From Dehalococcoidia bacterium (lineage in GTDB: Bacteria; Chloroflexota; Dehalococcoidia; UBA2979): a stretch of DNA of 64,000 nucleotides. The position numbers were made by a program, and so were the translations under genes. The stretch is from NCBI GenBank assembly GCA_965262725.1, contig OZ253555.1, positions 1,920,001-1,984,000 on the forward strand, given 5' to 3'. Below the pieces are notes generated by a model, which was not told where the DNA came from, made no database searches, and was given only the letters and a program-made list of their open reading frames with translations. Of this stretch, positions 1 to 8,800 are shown one piece after another (positions within the stretch are counted from its first letter, which is position 1; each line of letters starts with the position of its first letter).

Positions 1-494
1 CTGAGGTCCAGCACTTTTAGGTTGGAGAGGCTGCCCAGCTCCGCCGGTATCTCCCCGCTCAAGCTGTTCCAGCCGAGGTCCAACTCTACCAGGTTGGAGA
101 GGCCGCCCAGCTCCGCCGGTATCTCCCCGCTCAAGTCGTTGCTCTTGAGGTCCAGCTCTGTCAGGCTAGAGAGGCTGCCCAGCTCCGGCGGTATCTCTCC
201 GCTCAAGTCGTTGCTCTTGAGGTCCAGTATCTCCAGGTTGGAGAGGTTGCCCAGCTCCGCCGGTATCTCCCCGCTCAAGTCGTTGTCGCGGAGGTACAGT
301 CCCTCCAGGTTGGAGAGGCTGCCCAGCTCCGGCGGTATCTCCCCGCTCAAGTCGTTGTCGCTGAGGCTCAGGCTCTTCAGGTTGGAGAGGCTGCCCAGCT
401 CCGCCGGTATCTCCCCGCTCAAGTCGTTGTAGCTGAGGCTCAGGCTCTTCAGGTTGGAGAGGCTGCCCAGCTCCGCCGGTATCTCCCCGCTCAA
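1..494 (-). pseudogene. Plant-type leucine-rich-repeat protein, 5' part lost; runs off the left window edge
   Basis: 72-nt tandem period; minus strand reads LSGEIPAELGSLSNLKSLSLSYND (24-aa LRR), about 7 units. Fused directly to an IS1380 fragment at ~495. Confidence 0.85.
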
Positions 495-1190
495 AGCGGA
501 CATCCAGCGCGCGGCAGGCGGCGACGACGGCGTGGGTGTAGAAGCCGCTGTCGGCGCGCATCGTGAGCTGCCCCGACGCCCTCGGCGGAGTCGCACCCGC
601 GCCACCGTCTCACGCAGGAAGTGGGCGGCGCCGCGGCCGCTGTGCGCGCGGCCCTCGCGCAGCCGCGCCATCAGCACGTCGCCTGAGCCGGCCGCCACCA
701 CGAGCAACGGGTGATAGCCGCGCGCGCCGCTGTAGCCGGGCTGGCGGGCGCCCTCCTTGGCGAGGCCGTAGGTCTCGCAGAGCGTCGAGTCGAGGTCGAT
801 TGTGAGCGGCGCGTCGCCGGGTCCCGCTCCGGCCGCCCAGGCGCGGTCGAGCTGGCGGACGTGGCCCCAGCGGAAGCTGCGCAGGAAGGTCCCGAGGGTG
901 GACGGCGCCTTCACGGTGCAGCCGAGCACGCGCCCGGCGCCGCCGGCGCGCAACGCATCGGCGTCGTCGATGCAGTCGCCGCCCGCGAGCGCCGAGGCGA
1001 CCAGGGTCAGCAGCTTGTCGCCGGCGTTCGCGCGCCCCGCCGCGTCACCGAGGTCGAGATGGCGCTCGGCGAGCTCGCGGAGGCCGAACCGGCCGGCGAG
1101 GGTGGCGGGGAGCAGCAGGCCCGCGTGGTCCACGAGGTGGTCGTCGTCGAAGGCGATGTCTATCCGGTCGGGGTCGCTCGTTGGTAGCAT
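495..1190 (-). pseudogene. IS1380-family transposase remnant (copy 1): internal deletions, 3' truncated
   Basis: Clearly homologous to 30403..31728 (DDHLVDHAGLLLPATLAG, IDLDSTLCETYG, RADSGFY); ATG at 1190. Confidence 0.85.
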
Positions 1191-1574
1191 CGAATGGGGT
1201 GCGCCAGGCTAACTGGTGCTTGGGCAGGAGGTGCAAGTCCTCTACGGCGAAGGAGCAAGCCACTCCACGCGGTTCCGCGAGCCGTGCGCGACTCGTCGCG
1301 AGGCGAGCCGTGAAGCGTCGGCAGCGGGGTAGGCGGGCGGAGCTATTGAGCATCGAAAGATGCATAATCCGGAGTGCCGAGGCTTTCCCATTGGTCGAAG
1401 GCAACACCGGCAACGGCGCTTCTGGCGAGCCGTCGTCGGGCTCTGCGGTGTCAAAGAACTCACGCACGTCTGCACGTCCAGCACCGGGACCTCATATGGA
1501 TGCCTCGGTTGTCAAGCCCCGTCCAGCGGTACTTGAACGTCCGGTCTGCTGCGGCGGCGGTCGCGCGAGGATGA

Positions 1575-1798
1575 CGACTCCGGGGTGGCGAAGGAGGGAT
1601 GAGCGGGAATTGTTCGACGTCTTGTCACTCTCATATTCGCGGGTTGCCAGTGGCAGAGCCGCATGACCCTTCTTCGTCAGGAGCAGGCGCATTCTGATAT
1701 CGCGGGTTGGCGACGCGAAGCGTCGTTGCCGCATGGTTCCGTCGCGCAGTCTCCGAAACGTAGTCCCGCTTATCCGTCCTTCACCGCCCCCGGAGTCG
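1575..1798 (-). ncRNA. Predicted bridge RNA unit 2 of IS110-A copy 1
   Basis: Same sequence as 38292-38515. Confidence 0.7.
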
Positions 1799-1952
1799 AG
1801 GTCCCCGCCCTCCGCGGCCAGCTCCGCTGCATGCTCCTCACTCGCGGCGATGCCTGAGAGCCCCTGCTCCGTCGGGCGGATGTGCTCATCCGTCATCTCG
1901 ACCCTCTGCAGGTAGCTGCCGAAGGCCGCCTGGGCGCCCTTCTCCTGGAAGA

Positions 1953-2176
1953 CGACTCCGGGGTGGCGAAGGAGGGATGAGCGGGAATCACTCGACGTTG
2001 TGTCACTCTTATAGTCGCGGGTTGCCAGTGGCAGAGCCGCATGACCTTTCTTCGTCGGGAGGGGGCGCCGTCTGGGAACGCGGGTTGGCGACGCTTCGCG
2101 TCGTTGCCGCATGGTCCCGTCGCGCGATCTCCAGAATGTGGTCCCGTTCATCCGTCCTTCACCGCCCCCGGAGTCG
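1953..2176 (-). ncRNA. Predicted bridge RNA unit 1 of IS110-A copy 1 (donor-guide variant)
   Basis: Matches 37791-38014 except position 2010, where the right donor guide TATGAG becomes TATAAG. Confidence 0.7.
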
Positions 2177-2242
2177 ACGTCTCCGCCCTCCGCGGCCGGT
2201 CTGTCCTCCTCTCCGTCCGCTCGCTGTTCGTGGCCAGCCGGC

Positions 2243-3355
2243 TCAGGCGGCCTGCTGCCGCTCTTCAGCGTGGGTGCGCAGCACCGCCCAGATGGCGGCG
2301 AGCAGCTCCCGCGCCACGGCCACGACGGCGACCTGCGACGGCTTGCCTCGCTCCTTGAGATGCCGGTAGCGCCGGGACATCCGGGAACCGGTCTTGTCGG
2401 CCATCGCGACCGCCCAGCCCGGCTGGCCCTGCCGCCGTCTGCGCAGCGGCGCCCCGACGCGGTACGGGCGGATGCTGTGCCAGCCCGCCTCGACCAGCAC
2501 GCGCCGGACGTGCTCGTTCCCCGTCTTGGTGATGCCGCCGCGCCGCGTCCTCGGGCCTGAGCTGTGCTCGCTCGCCACCAGCCCCACGTACGCTGCCAGC
2601 TGGTCGGGGCTTCCGAATCGCGTGATATCGCCGAGCTCGCCCAGGATCGTCATGGCGGTGACCGTGTCGATGCCGCGGAAGCAGCGGAGGAGTCCCGCCT
2701 CCGGCGCATACTCCTCACTCGCGACGATGTCTGAGAGCCTCTGCTCCATCAGGCGGATGTGTTCATCCGCCATCTCCACGCGCTGCAGGTAGCCGTCGAA
2801 TGCCGCCTGGTCGCCCAGCTCCTCGAAGGAGAGCGAGCGCAGCCAGCACCGGTGCTCTCGGGTCCACGTAGACTTACCATAATGGTGGCCCGAGCGCAGC
2901 AGGAACCCCGACAGTTGCACCTGGGCCGTCTTGCGGGCCGCAACGGCGTCCTCGCGCCCACGGGTGAGGTTGCGCACAGATTCCTGCCGCTCAGTCGGCT
3001 GGTGCACCTCGGTGAGCAGTCCCGCGCGCAAGAGATGCGCCAGGTTCCGCGCGTCGCGGCGGTCCGTCTTGACGCGGTCTCCCGGCTTTGTGGGGATCAG
3101 CGCCGGCGCGATGACGCGGCAGTCGATCCCCTTCGCATCGAGAGTGCGCTTCAGCCCGAACCCGGTCGGGCCCGCCTCGTAGCAACAGACCACGGAATCC
3201 CCGGCCTCGCGGCGCAGTCGCCGCGCCAGCGCCGCCACGGACGTCGGCTCGTTGGCGAGCTGCCACTCTTCGGGCTTCTTCTCCCCGTGCAGAACGGAGA
3301 CGTTGATCGTCCGCGCGTGCACGTCGAGGCCCACGTATAGCTTCGTCTGGTCCAT
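2243..3355 (-). CDS. IS110-family DEDD recombinase/transposase (370 aa)
   Basis: YVGLDVH, CCYEAG and KTDRRDA DEDD motifs; C-terminal SEHSSG and GGITKTGN. Confidence 0.95.
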   Translation of the reverse strand: MDQTKLYVGLDVHARTINVSVLHGEKKPEEWQLANEPTSVAALARRLRREAGDSVVCCYEAGPTGFGLKRTLDAKGIDCRVIAPALIPTKPGDRVKTDRRDARNLAHLLRAGLLTEVHQPTERQESVRNLTRGREDAVAARKTAQVQLSGFLLRSGHHYGKSTWTREHRCWLRSLSFEELGDQAAFDGYLQRVEMADEHIRLMEQRLSDIVASEEYAPEAGLLRCFRGIDTVTAMTILGELGDITRFGSPDQLAAYVGLVASEHSSGPRTRRGGITKTGNEHVRRVLVEAGWHSIRPYRVGAPLRRRRQGQPGWAVAMADKTGSRMSRRYRHLKERGKPSQVAVVAVARELLAAIWAVLRTHAEERQQAA

Positions 3356-3916
3356 CTGGTCTGCCCCCTACCCCTTCCATGTTCCGGTCCGGTTCCGCTC
3401 CGATGTTGCACTCGGAACAGAAACCGACACCGGTTCTCAAGGTGTCGAGGCATCCATAGGGTCTGGGAGGGCTCGGCCTTGTCCCTGCGTGTTGCCACGC
3501 CGGGACCGCAACGGAAAGGGCGATTCCGTAATCCGTTGACGCACGAGGTCGAGCAATCAGATCCGGCCATAGTAGTGATGAGGGCGGCGAACAAAGAGGA
3601 GTAGACACCCTCGGCGGAGTCGACGGAGCGAAGGGCCGGACCGGAGGGGAAGCTGGCGAAGCCCGGCACTGGCGGGACACTGCGCCCGCGTTTGGTGTCA
3701 CTCGGGCCACCCGGCTACGGCACCTCTTGGGTGCCGTCTGACCTGACGGAGGAGCCGTATGCGTTAACGCGCACGTACGGATCTGTCCGGGGGGCGGCCG
3801 GCAACGGCCGTCCCTACCGGAATTGCTCCCTGTGGCTGTGACGTGATTCGTTCAAAAACCATTGTCCCAGCTACAGCGGAGCACCCAACCGCAGACGCTC
3901 GCGCACTCTTCTTCGG

Positions 3917-5833
3917 TTCGCGGTAGGGATGCCGGTTGCCCGGCACCCCCCGCACAGATCCGGACGTGCCCTCTCGGGCATCCGGCTCCTACCTCAAGTG
4001 CGTGACGGCAAATCGCTCCGCAGGCCACGGGTGAAGGATGGAGATTCGGGGCCAGTGTTTCTGGCACAGGGCAAGGATGCGCTCCCACGTGAAACGGTCG
4101 CGCTGCGACCGCCGTCGGAGAACGCGCAGCCAGAGCCGCTTCACGAAACGAACAAACCGCGTGAGCGCCGGCGAGCTGGTCGGCACCGCGTAGTAGCCAA
4201 GCCACCCACGCAGTACCCGCCCCAGCCACTGCCCCGTCGTCACGGGGTTGTCGTGCATGCGCCGCCACAACTCGGCCTTGATGACCTTCAGCGTCCGGCG
4301 CATCCGCTTCGCAACGGGCTTGCGCCCCAGCCCGAATCTCCCGTCGCGTCGGGTCCGGCAGTAGTGCGTCATGCCGAGAAAGTCGAACGTTTCCGGTCGG
4401 CCCTCCCCGCGCTTCCGCCTGTTCGCCAGCGCGAACCTGCCGAACTCAAGTAGACGGGTCTTCTCCGGGTGCAGCTCCAGCCCGTAGGCCGCGAACCGCT
4501 CCCGGAGTGCCTCCATGAACCGCACCGCATCGCTGCGGTGCTGGAAACCCAGGACGAAGTCATCGGCATACCGCACGATGTACGCCTCGCCCCGGACCTC
4601 CCGCGGTCGCCACTCGCGCGCAAACCAGTCGTCGAGCACGTTGTGCAGGTACACGTTCGCAAGCAGCGGCGATATCGGCGCCCCCTGCGGCATCCCCCGC
4701 ACGAAATCGACTTCCGGCTCCGCGTCCATGACGCCGACGCTCAGCCACTTTCGTATCAGGCGCAACACCCGCTGGTCCCCGATGCGCATCTCCAGAAACG
4801 ACATCAGCCGCCCCCGGTCGATGCTGCCGAAGAACTCCCGGATGTCCACCTCGACAATCCAGCTGACCTTGCGCCGTTCGACCGCGTAGGCCAGTGCGTC
4901 CAGCGCGTCATGCGCCGAACGCCCCGGCCTGAAGCCATGCGAGAAGCCGTAGTAGCCCGACTCGTAAATCGGGTTCAAAAGATTGTCCACCACCGCCCGC
5001 TGAACGATCTTGTCCTCCAGCGAGACGATACCGAGCGGCCGTATTCCCCCGTCCGGCTTGGGTATCTCTACCCGCCTGACGGGCTTCGCCCGGTACGCTC
5101 CACGGTGTACGCGGCCATGCAGGTCGAGCAATCGCTCGTCCAGCCCGTCCCCGTATTCTCGCCACCTCACCCCGTCCACGCCCGGAGCCGCATCCCGCTT
5201 CAACGCGAGATACGCCTCCCGCAGCGCCTCCGGCGTGATGTGGTGCAAGAGCGCGGTGAGTTTCTCTCCCGGCTTCCGTTCCACGAACTGCCGTATCCTC
5301 TCCGCTCCGGGTGACACCGCACCCCGACTCTGCGTCCGGACCGTGCCGGTGCTTTGAGGATTCCTCTCGGTTGGGGCCCTTTGCTCCAGCGACTCCGCCG
5401 GGGCTCGCGCCCCCTTGTTCGCCGCCTTCATCGCTCGTACGGCCCCATCAGACTGCTGCGCATCGTTCATCATCGGCTACGGTTTACGTCCCTTCCCGAC
5501 GCGGTCCCGGCGTACGACTCGTCGGGACAACGCGCAGCTCTCCCAAGTCCCGGCGATAGACGTGTGTGCGTGCATGGGGTCTTCGACACCGTGGGGCCCG
5601 ACCACGACTCGCCAGTAGCGCCGTCGCCGGTATTGCCTTCGACCAATCCAAGAGCCTCGGCACCCCAAATGGCCCTTTCGATGCTCATTAGCCCCGCCCG
5701 CACACCCCGCTGCCGACGCTTCACAAGCCGCCTCGCGACGACCCGCGCACGGCTCGCGGAATGACATGAGTGGCTAGCTCTTTGCCATAGAGGACTTCCA
5801 CCTCCTGCCTACTCGCCAGTTAGCCTGGCGCTC
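3917..5833 (-). mobile_element. RT-encoding group IIB class E-like intron B, inserted in the IS1380 left terminal repeat
   Basis: 5' GAGCGCCAGGCTAACTGG; D5 GAGCCGGATGCCC...GGGCACGTCCGGATCT; D6 bulged A at -8, ends AA. EBS1 TGGATT pairs with IBS1 GATCCA; EBS2 AGGGC pairs with IBS2 GCCCT. Confidence 0.9.
3989..5473 (-). CDS. ltrA: Group II intron reverse transcriptase/maturase, no endonuclease domain; true start may lie downstream
   Basis: APGVDG, IPKPDGGIRPLGI, GMPQGAPISPLLANVYLH, RYADD and FDFLG motifs, followed by the X domain. Confidence 0.95.
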   Translation of the reverse strand: MMNDAQQSDGAVRAMKAANKGARAPAESLEQRAPTERNPQSTGTVRTQSRGAVSPGAERIRQFVERKPGEKLTALLHHITPEALREAYLALKRDAAPGVDGVRWREYGDGLDERLLDLHGRVHRGAYRAKPVRRVEIPKPDGGIRPLGIVSLEDKIVQRAVVDNLLNPIYESGYYGFSHGFRPGRSAHDALDALAYAVERRKVSWIVEVDIREFFGSIDRGRLMSFLEMRIGDQRVLRLIRKWLSVGVMDAEPEVDFVRGMPQGAPISPLLANVYLHNVLDDWFAREWRPREVRGEAYIVRYADDFVLGFQHRSDAVRFMEALRERFAAYGLELHPEKTRLLEFGRFALANRRKRGEGRPETFDFLGMTHYCRTRRDGRFGLGRKPVAKRMRRTLKVIKAELWRRMHDNPVTTGQWLGRVLRGWLGYYAVPTSSPALTRFVRFVKRLWLRVLRRRSQRDRFTWERILALCQKHWPRISILHPWPAERFAVTHLR

Positions 5834-5844
5834 TGGATCAGGGC
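5447..5844. repeat. 398-bp near-identical inverted repeat with 29783-30180 (IS1380 end plus intron B 5' half)
   Basis: Direct sequence comparison; the pair brackets the giant gene. Confidence 0.9.
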
Positions 5845-8800
5845 TTATTGACCTTCTCCGCTACTGCCGGGTGTCCCCTCGCCGGCACGCTCCCCGAGAG
5901 GCGGCTCGTGCTTGGCGATCAGTGGCGTAAGCGGGCGCACGCCGTCGGTGAACAGCTCGCGGAAGGGCGCATTGACGAAGGGCGGCGCCCCGAGGATGTA
6001 GGGGGTGAACTCGCTGTCGTGCAACGTGTAGAGAGCCGACACATGCTGGCTCTGCATACACGCCGCGAGTTCCCCGACGCTCCCCCCTTCATAGACGACG
6101 AGGTTGAAGCCCTCCACCATGGCGCCGTGCAAGCAGCCTGGCCAGGTCTCCGGTTCGCTGCCCGTCGGCGAGTGGATCTCGCCGGGTACGAGTCTCCCCT
6201 CTTGAGATTCGTTGCTTACGGCGACGAGTGGCGTGAGTGGGGCAAGGGCCTCGGCAAACAGCTCGCGGAACGGCTGATTCACAAACCTCGGCGCTCCCAG
6301 GATGTACGGAACGTATGCCCCATCGGCCAGGGCGTAGAGGGCCACGACCCCTCGGCTGAGCGCGCAAGCCTCCAGTTCTTCCACACTGCCGCCTGCATAG
6401 AGGACGAAGCTGAATCCGACGGCCAGTTCCCCAGACAGACAGACCGGCCGGACGCGGTAGACGGTCCTGCGGCTCCCGTCCGCCGAGATTACCGTGACTG
6501 TGATCTCGCCCTCTGGCTCGACTGCAACCTGGTGCCCATTCGCCGGGTCGGCGTCGCGGTCAGCTGGCTCTATGACGACCGTCGCGTCTTGCCGTCGAGC
6601 CTCCGCTTCGACCGTCGTCACGGTGAGGCCCGGCGTGATGAGCCCCCAGTAGTCAGTCGTGCCACGGAAGAATGCGTCGATCGACATACCGCTCAGCGAG
6701 AGTGAGGCGAGGCAGGTGTCGATGGATTTCGGCATGTCGTACCTGTAATGGCGCTCGTCCTGTGCGTCTGCGACGTACATCACGCCACAGTCCGACCAGA
6801 TGCCACGCGGGTCGCTGTTGCCCGCCCCCCGGAGCTGCGCGAAGTCCCTATCGCGGACGCGCACAAGCGCGCTCGCAGCGGGGCTACCCTGTGGGAAGGT
6901 GAGCGAGCCGGAGGCGGGGCGGTAGTCGGTCCCGGCGCGGGCGCTGCCATTGGCGGTGGTGTAGCCGACCGTGAGGTCGGCGCTGGGGATGACGCCGGTT
7001 GGTGACAGGGAGACGGGATAGGTCGCCGTAGCGCCCTCGTCCACCGAGGCGTCGCCCTCGAGGACAACGGTGATCGGATCAGAGGGCGCGATGGTGGCCG
7101 AGGCCTCGCCATTGTGCTCGTCGACGGTGACGCCGGTAGGGAGGTTGCCGCCTGCGGGGCCGAGGCTGACGGTGAGGGACTCGGCCAGCTCGGAGAGGTT
7201 GTCGTCTGCTAGGGCGAGCGTGATGGTCCGGGTGGCGCCGGCGACGGAGCCGACGGCGAAGGTCACCGGCATGGTGTTGACGACGCTGTCAGCGGACAGC
7301 ATGAACGAGCCGCTGGTGGGCCAGTAGTCGCGGCCCGCAACCGCATCTCCCGACACCGACCAGGCGACGCTCACCGCCGCCGCCACCTCAGCCGAGAGGG
7401 TGACGGTGAAGGTGACGTCGGAGCCCTCCTCGAGGTCACCTGCGGGAGCGCTGATCGCGAGCGTGGCGCGGTCGTCGTCCTCGAGGGTGATGGTGGCCTC
7501 AGTGACTGTGAGGCGGCCGCTGTGGACACCCTGCACGAGGATCGTCTCGTCACCCTCGACCACACTGTCGTCGCTGGGCGTGAGCAGGAAGCTGGTCGTG
7601 GCCGAGGGCCGGCCGGCGGCGATGGTGATGGCACCGAGGGGGGTCGCCGTGTAGTCGGCGCCGGAGCTGGCGCTGCCGCCCAGGCTGAGCCTGAGCGTGG
7701 TGTCCGTCGGCAGGGTGGCGCCTCCATGCATGGTCGCGGTCACGGTGAGGGTAGTGGCGGCGGAGCCCTCGGCGATACTGCGCTCGGAGACCGACAGGGC
7801 GATACCGCTGCGGGGTGCGTCGTCGTCGTTGATGGTGGTGGTCAACGGCGAACCGCTGACTGTCAGGGGCTCGCCCCCGCCGCCGGATGCGTCGCGGAGC
7901 TCGAGCGTGAAGGTCTCGCCGCGCTCGGCGGCGCCGTCCTCGATGGTGCTCACCTGTACGGTCTGCGCACTGCCGCCGCTCGCGGTGAAGGTGAGCGAGC
8001 CGGAGGCGGGGCGGTAGTCGGTCCCGGCGCGGGCGCTGCCATTGGCGGTGGTGTAGCCGACCGTGAGGTCGGCGCTGGGGATGACGCCGGTTGGTGACAG
8101 GGAGACGGGATAGGTCGCCGTAGCGCCCTCGTCCACCGAGGCGTCGCCCTCGAGGACAACGGTGATCGGATCAGAGGGCGCGATGGTGGCCGAGGCCTCG
8201 CCATTGTGCTCGTCGACGGTGACGCCGGTAGGGAGGTTGCCGCCTGCGGGGCCGAGGCTGACGGTGAGGGACTCGGCCAGCTCGGAGAGGTTGTCGTCTG
8301 CTAGGGCGAGCGTGATGGTCCGGGTGGCGCCGGCGACGGAGCCGACGGCGAAGGTCACCGGCATGGTGTTGACGACGCTGTCAGCGGACAGCATGAACGA
8401 GCCGCTGGTGGGCCAGTAGTCGCGGCCCGCAACCGCATCTCCCGACACCGACCAGGCGACGCTCACCGCCGCCGCCACCTCAGCCGAGAGGGTGACGGTG
8501 AAGGTGACGTCGGAGCCCTCCTCGAGGTCACCTGCGGGAGCGCTGATCGCGAGCGTGGCGCGGTCGTCGTCCTCGAGGGTGATGGTGGCCTCAGTGACTG
8601 TGAGGCGGCCGCTGTGGACACCCTGCACGAGGATCGTCTCGTCACCCTCGACCACACTGTCGTCGCTGGGCGTGAGCAGGAAGCTGGTCGTGGCCGAGGG
8701 CCGGCCGGCGGCGACGGTGATGGCACCGAGGGGGGTCGCCGTGTAGTCGGCGCCGGAGCTGGCGCTGCCGCCCAGGCTGAGCCTGAGCGTGGTGTCCGTC

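Larger units (their letters stand above)
1493..3462 (-). mobile_element. IS110/IS1111-type element A, copy 1 (1970 bp; 123-bp deletion relative to the other copies)
   Basis: Sub-terminal IR TATGGATGCCTC/GAGGCATCCATA; CT core on both sides (1491-1492, 3463-3464); the empty site would read GGGAC-CT-GGGAG. Confidence 0.9.
1199..3823 (+). mobile_element. ORF-less group IIB (class E-like) intron A, 653 nt net, interrupted by IS110-A copy 1
   Basis: 5' GTGCG; D5 GAGCCGTATGCG...CGCACGTACGGATCT; D6 with bulged A3816 at -8; ends AT. EBS1 CCCATT pairs with exon AATGGG; EBS2 GATGC pairs with GCATC. Confidence 0.9.
495..5844 (-). mobile_element. IS1380 copy 1 (right end missing) with two nested group II introns
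   Basis: Removing introns 1199-3823 and 3917-5833 rebuilds the left end GCCCTGATCCA|CCGAAG...GGGAGCA|CCCATTCG-ATG, matching the copy 2 left end. Confidence 0.75.

Noticed and set aside
1-494. 72-bp periodic repeat resembling a CRISPR array
   Set aside because: The period is a multiple of 3, the units are homologous throughout and encode LRRs, and no cas genes are present.
3989-5473. RT as a retron, DGR or defence RT
   Set aside because: It is embedded in a complete group II intron with D5/D6 and EBS-IBS pairing. The duplicated recombinase fragment shows no adenine-specific TR/VR pattern.
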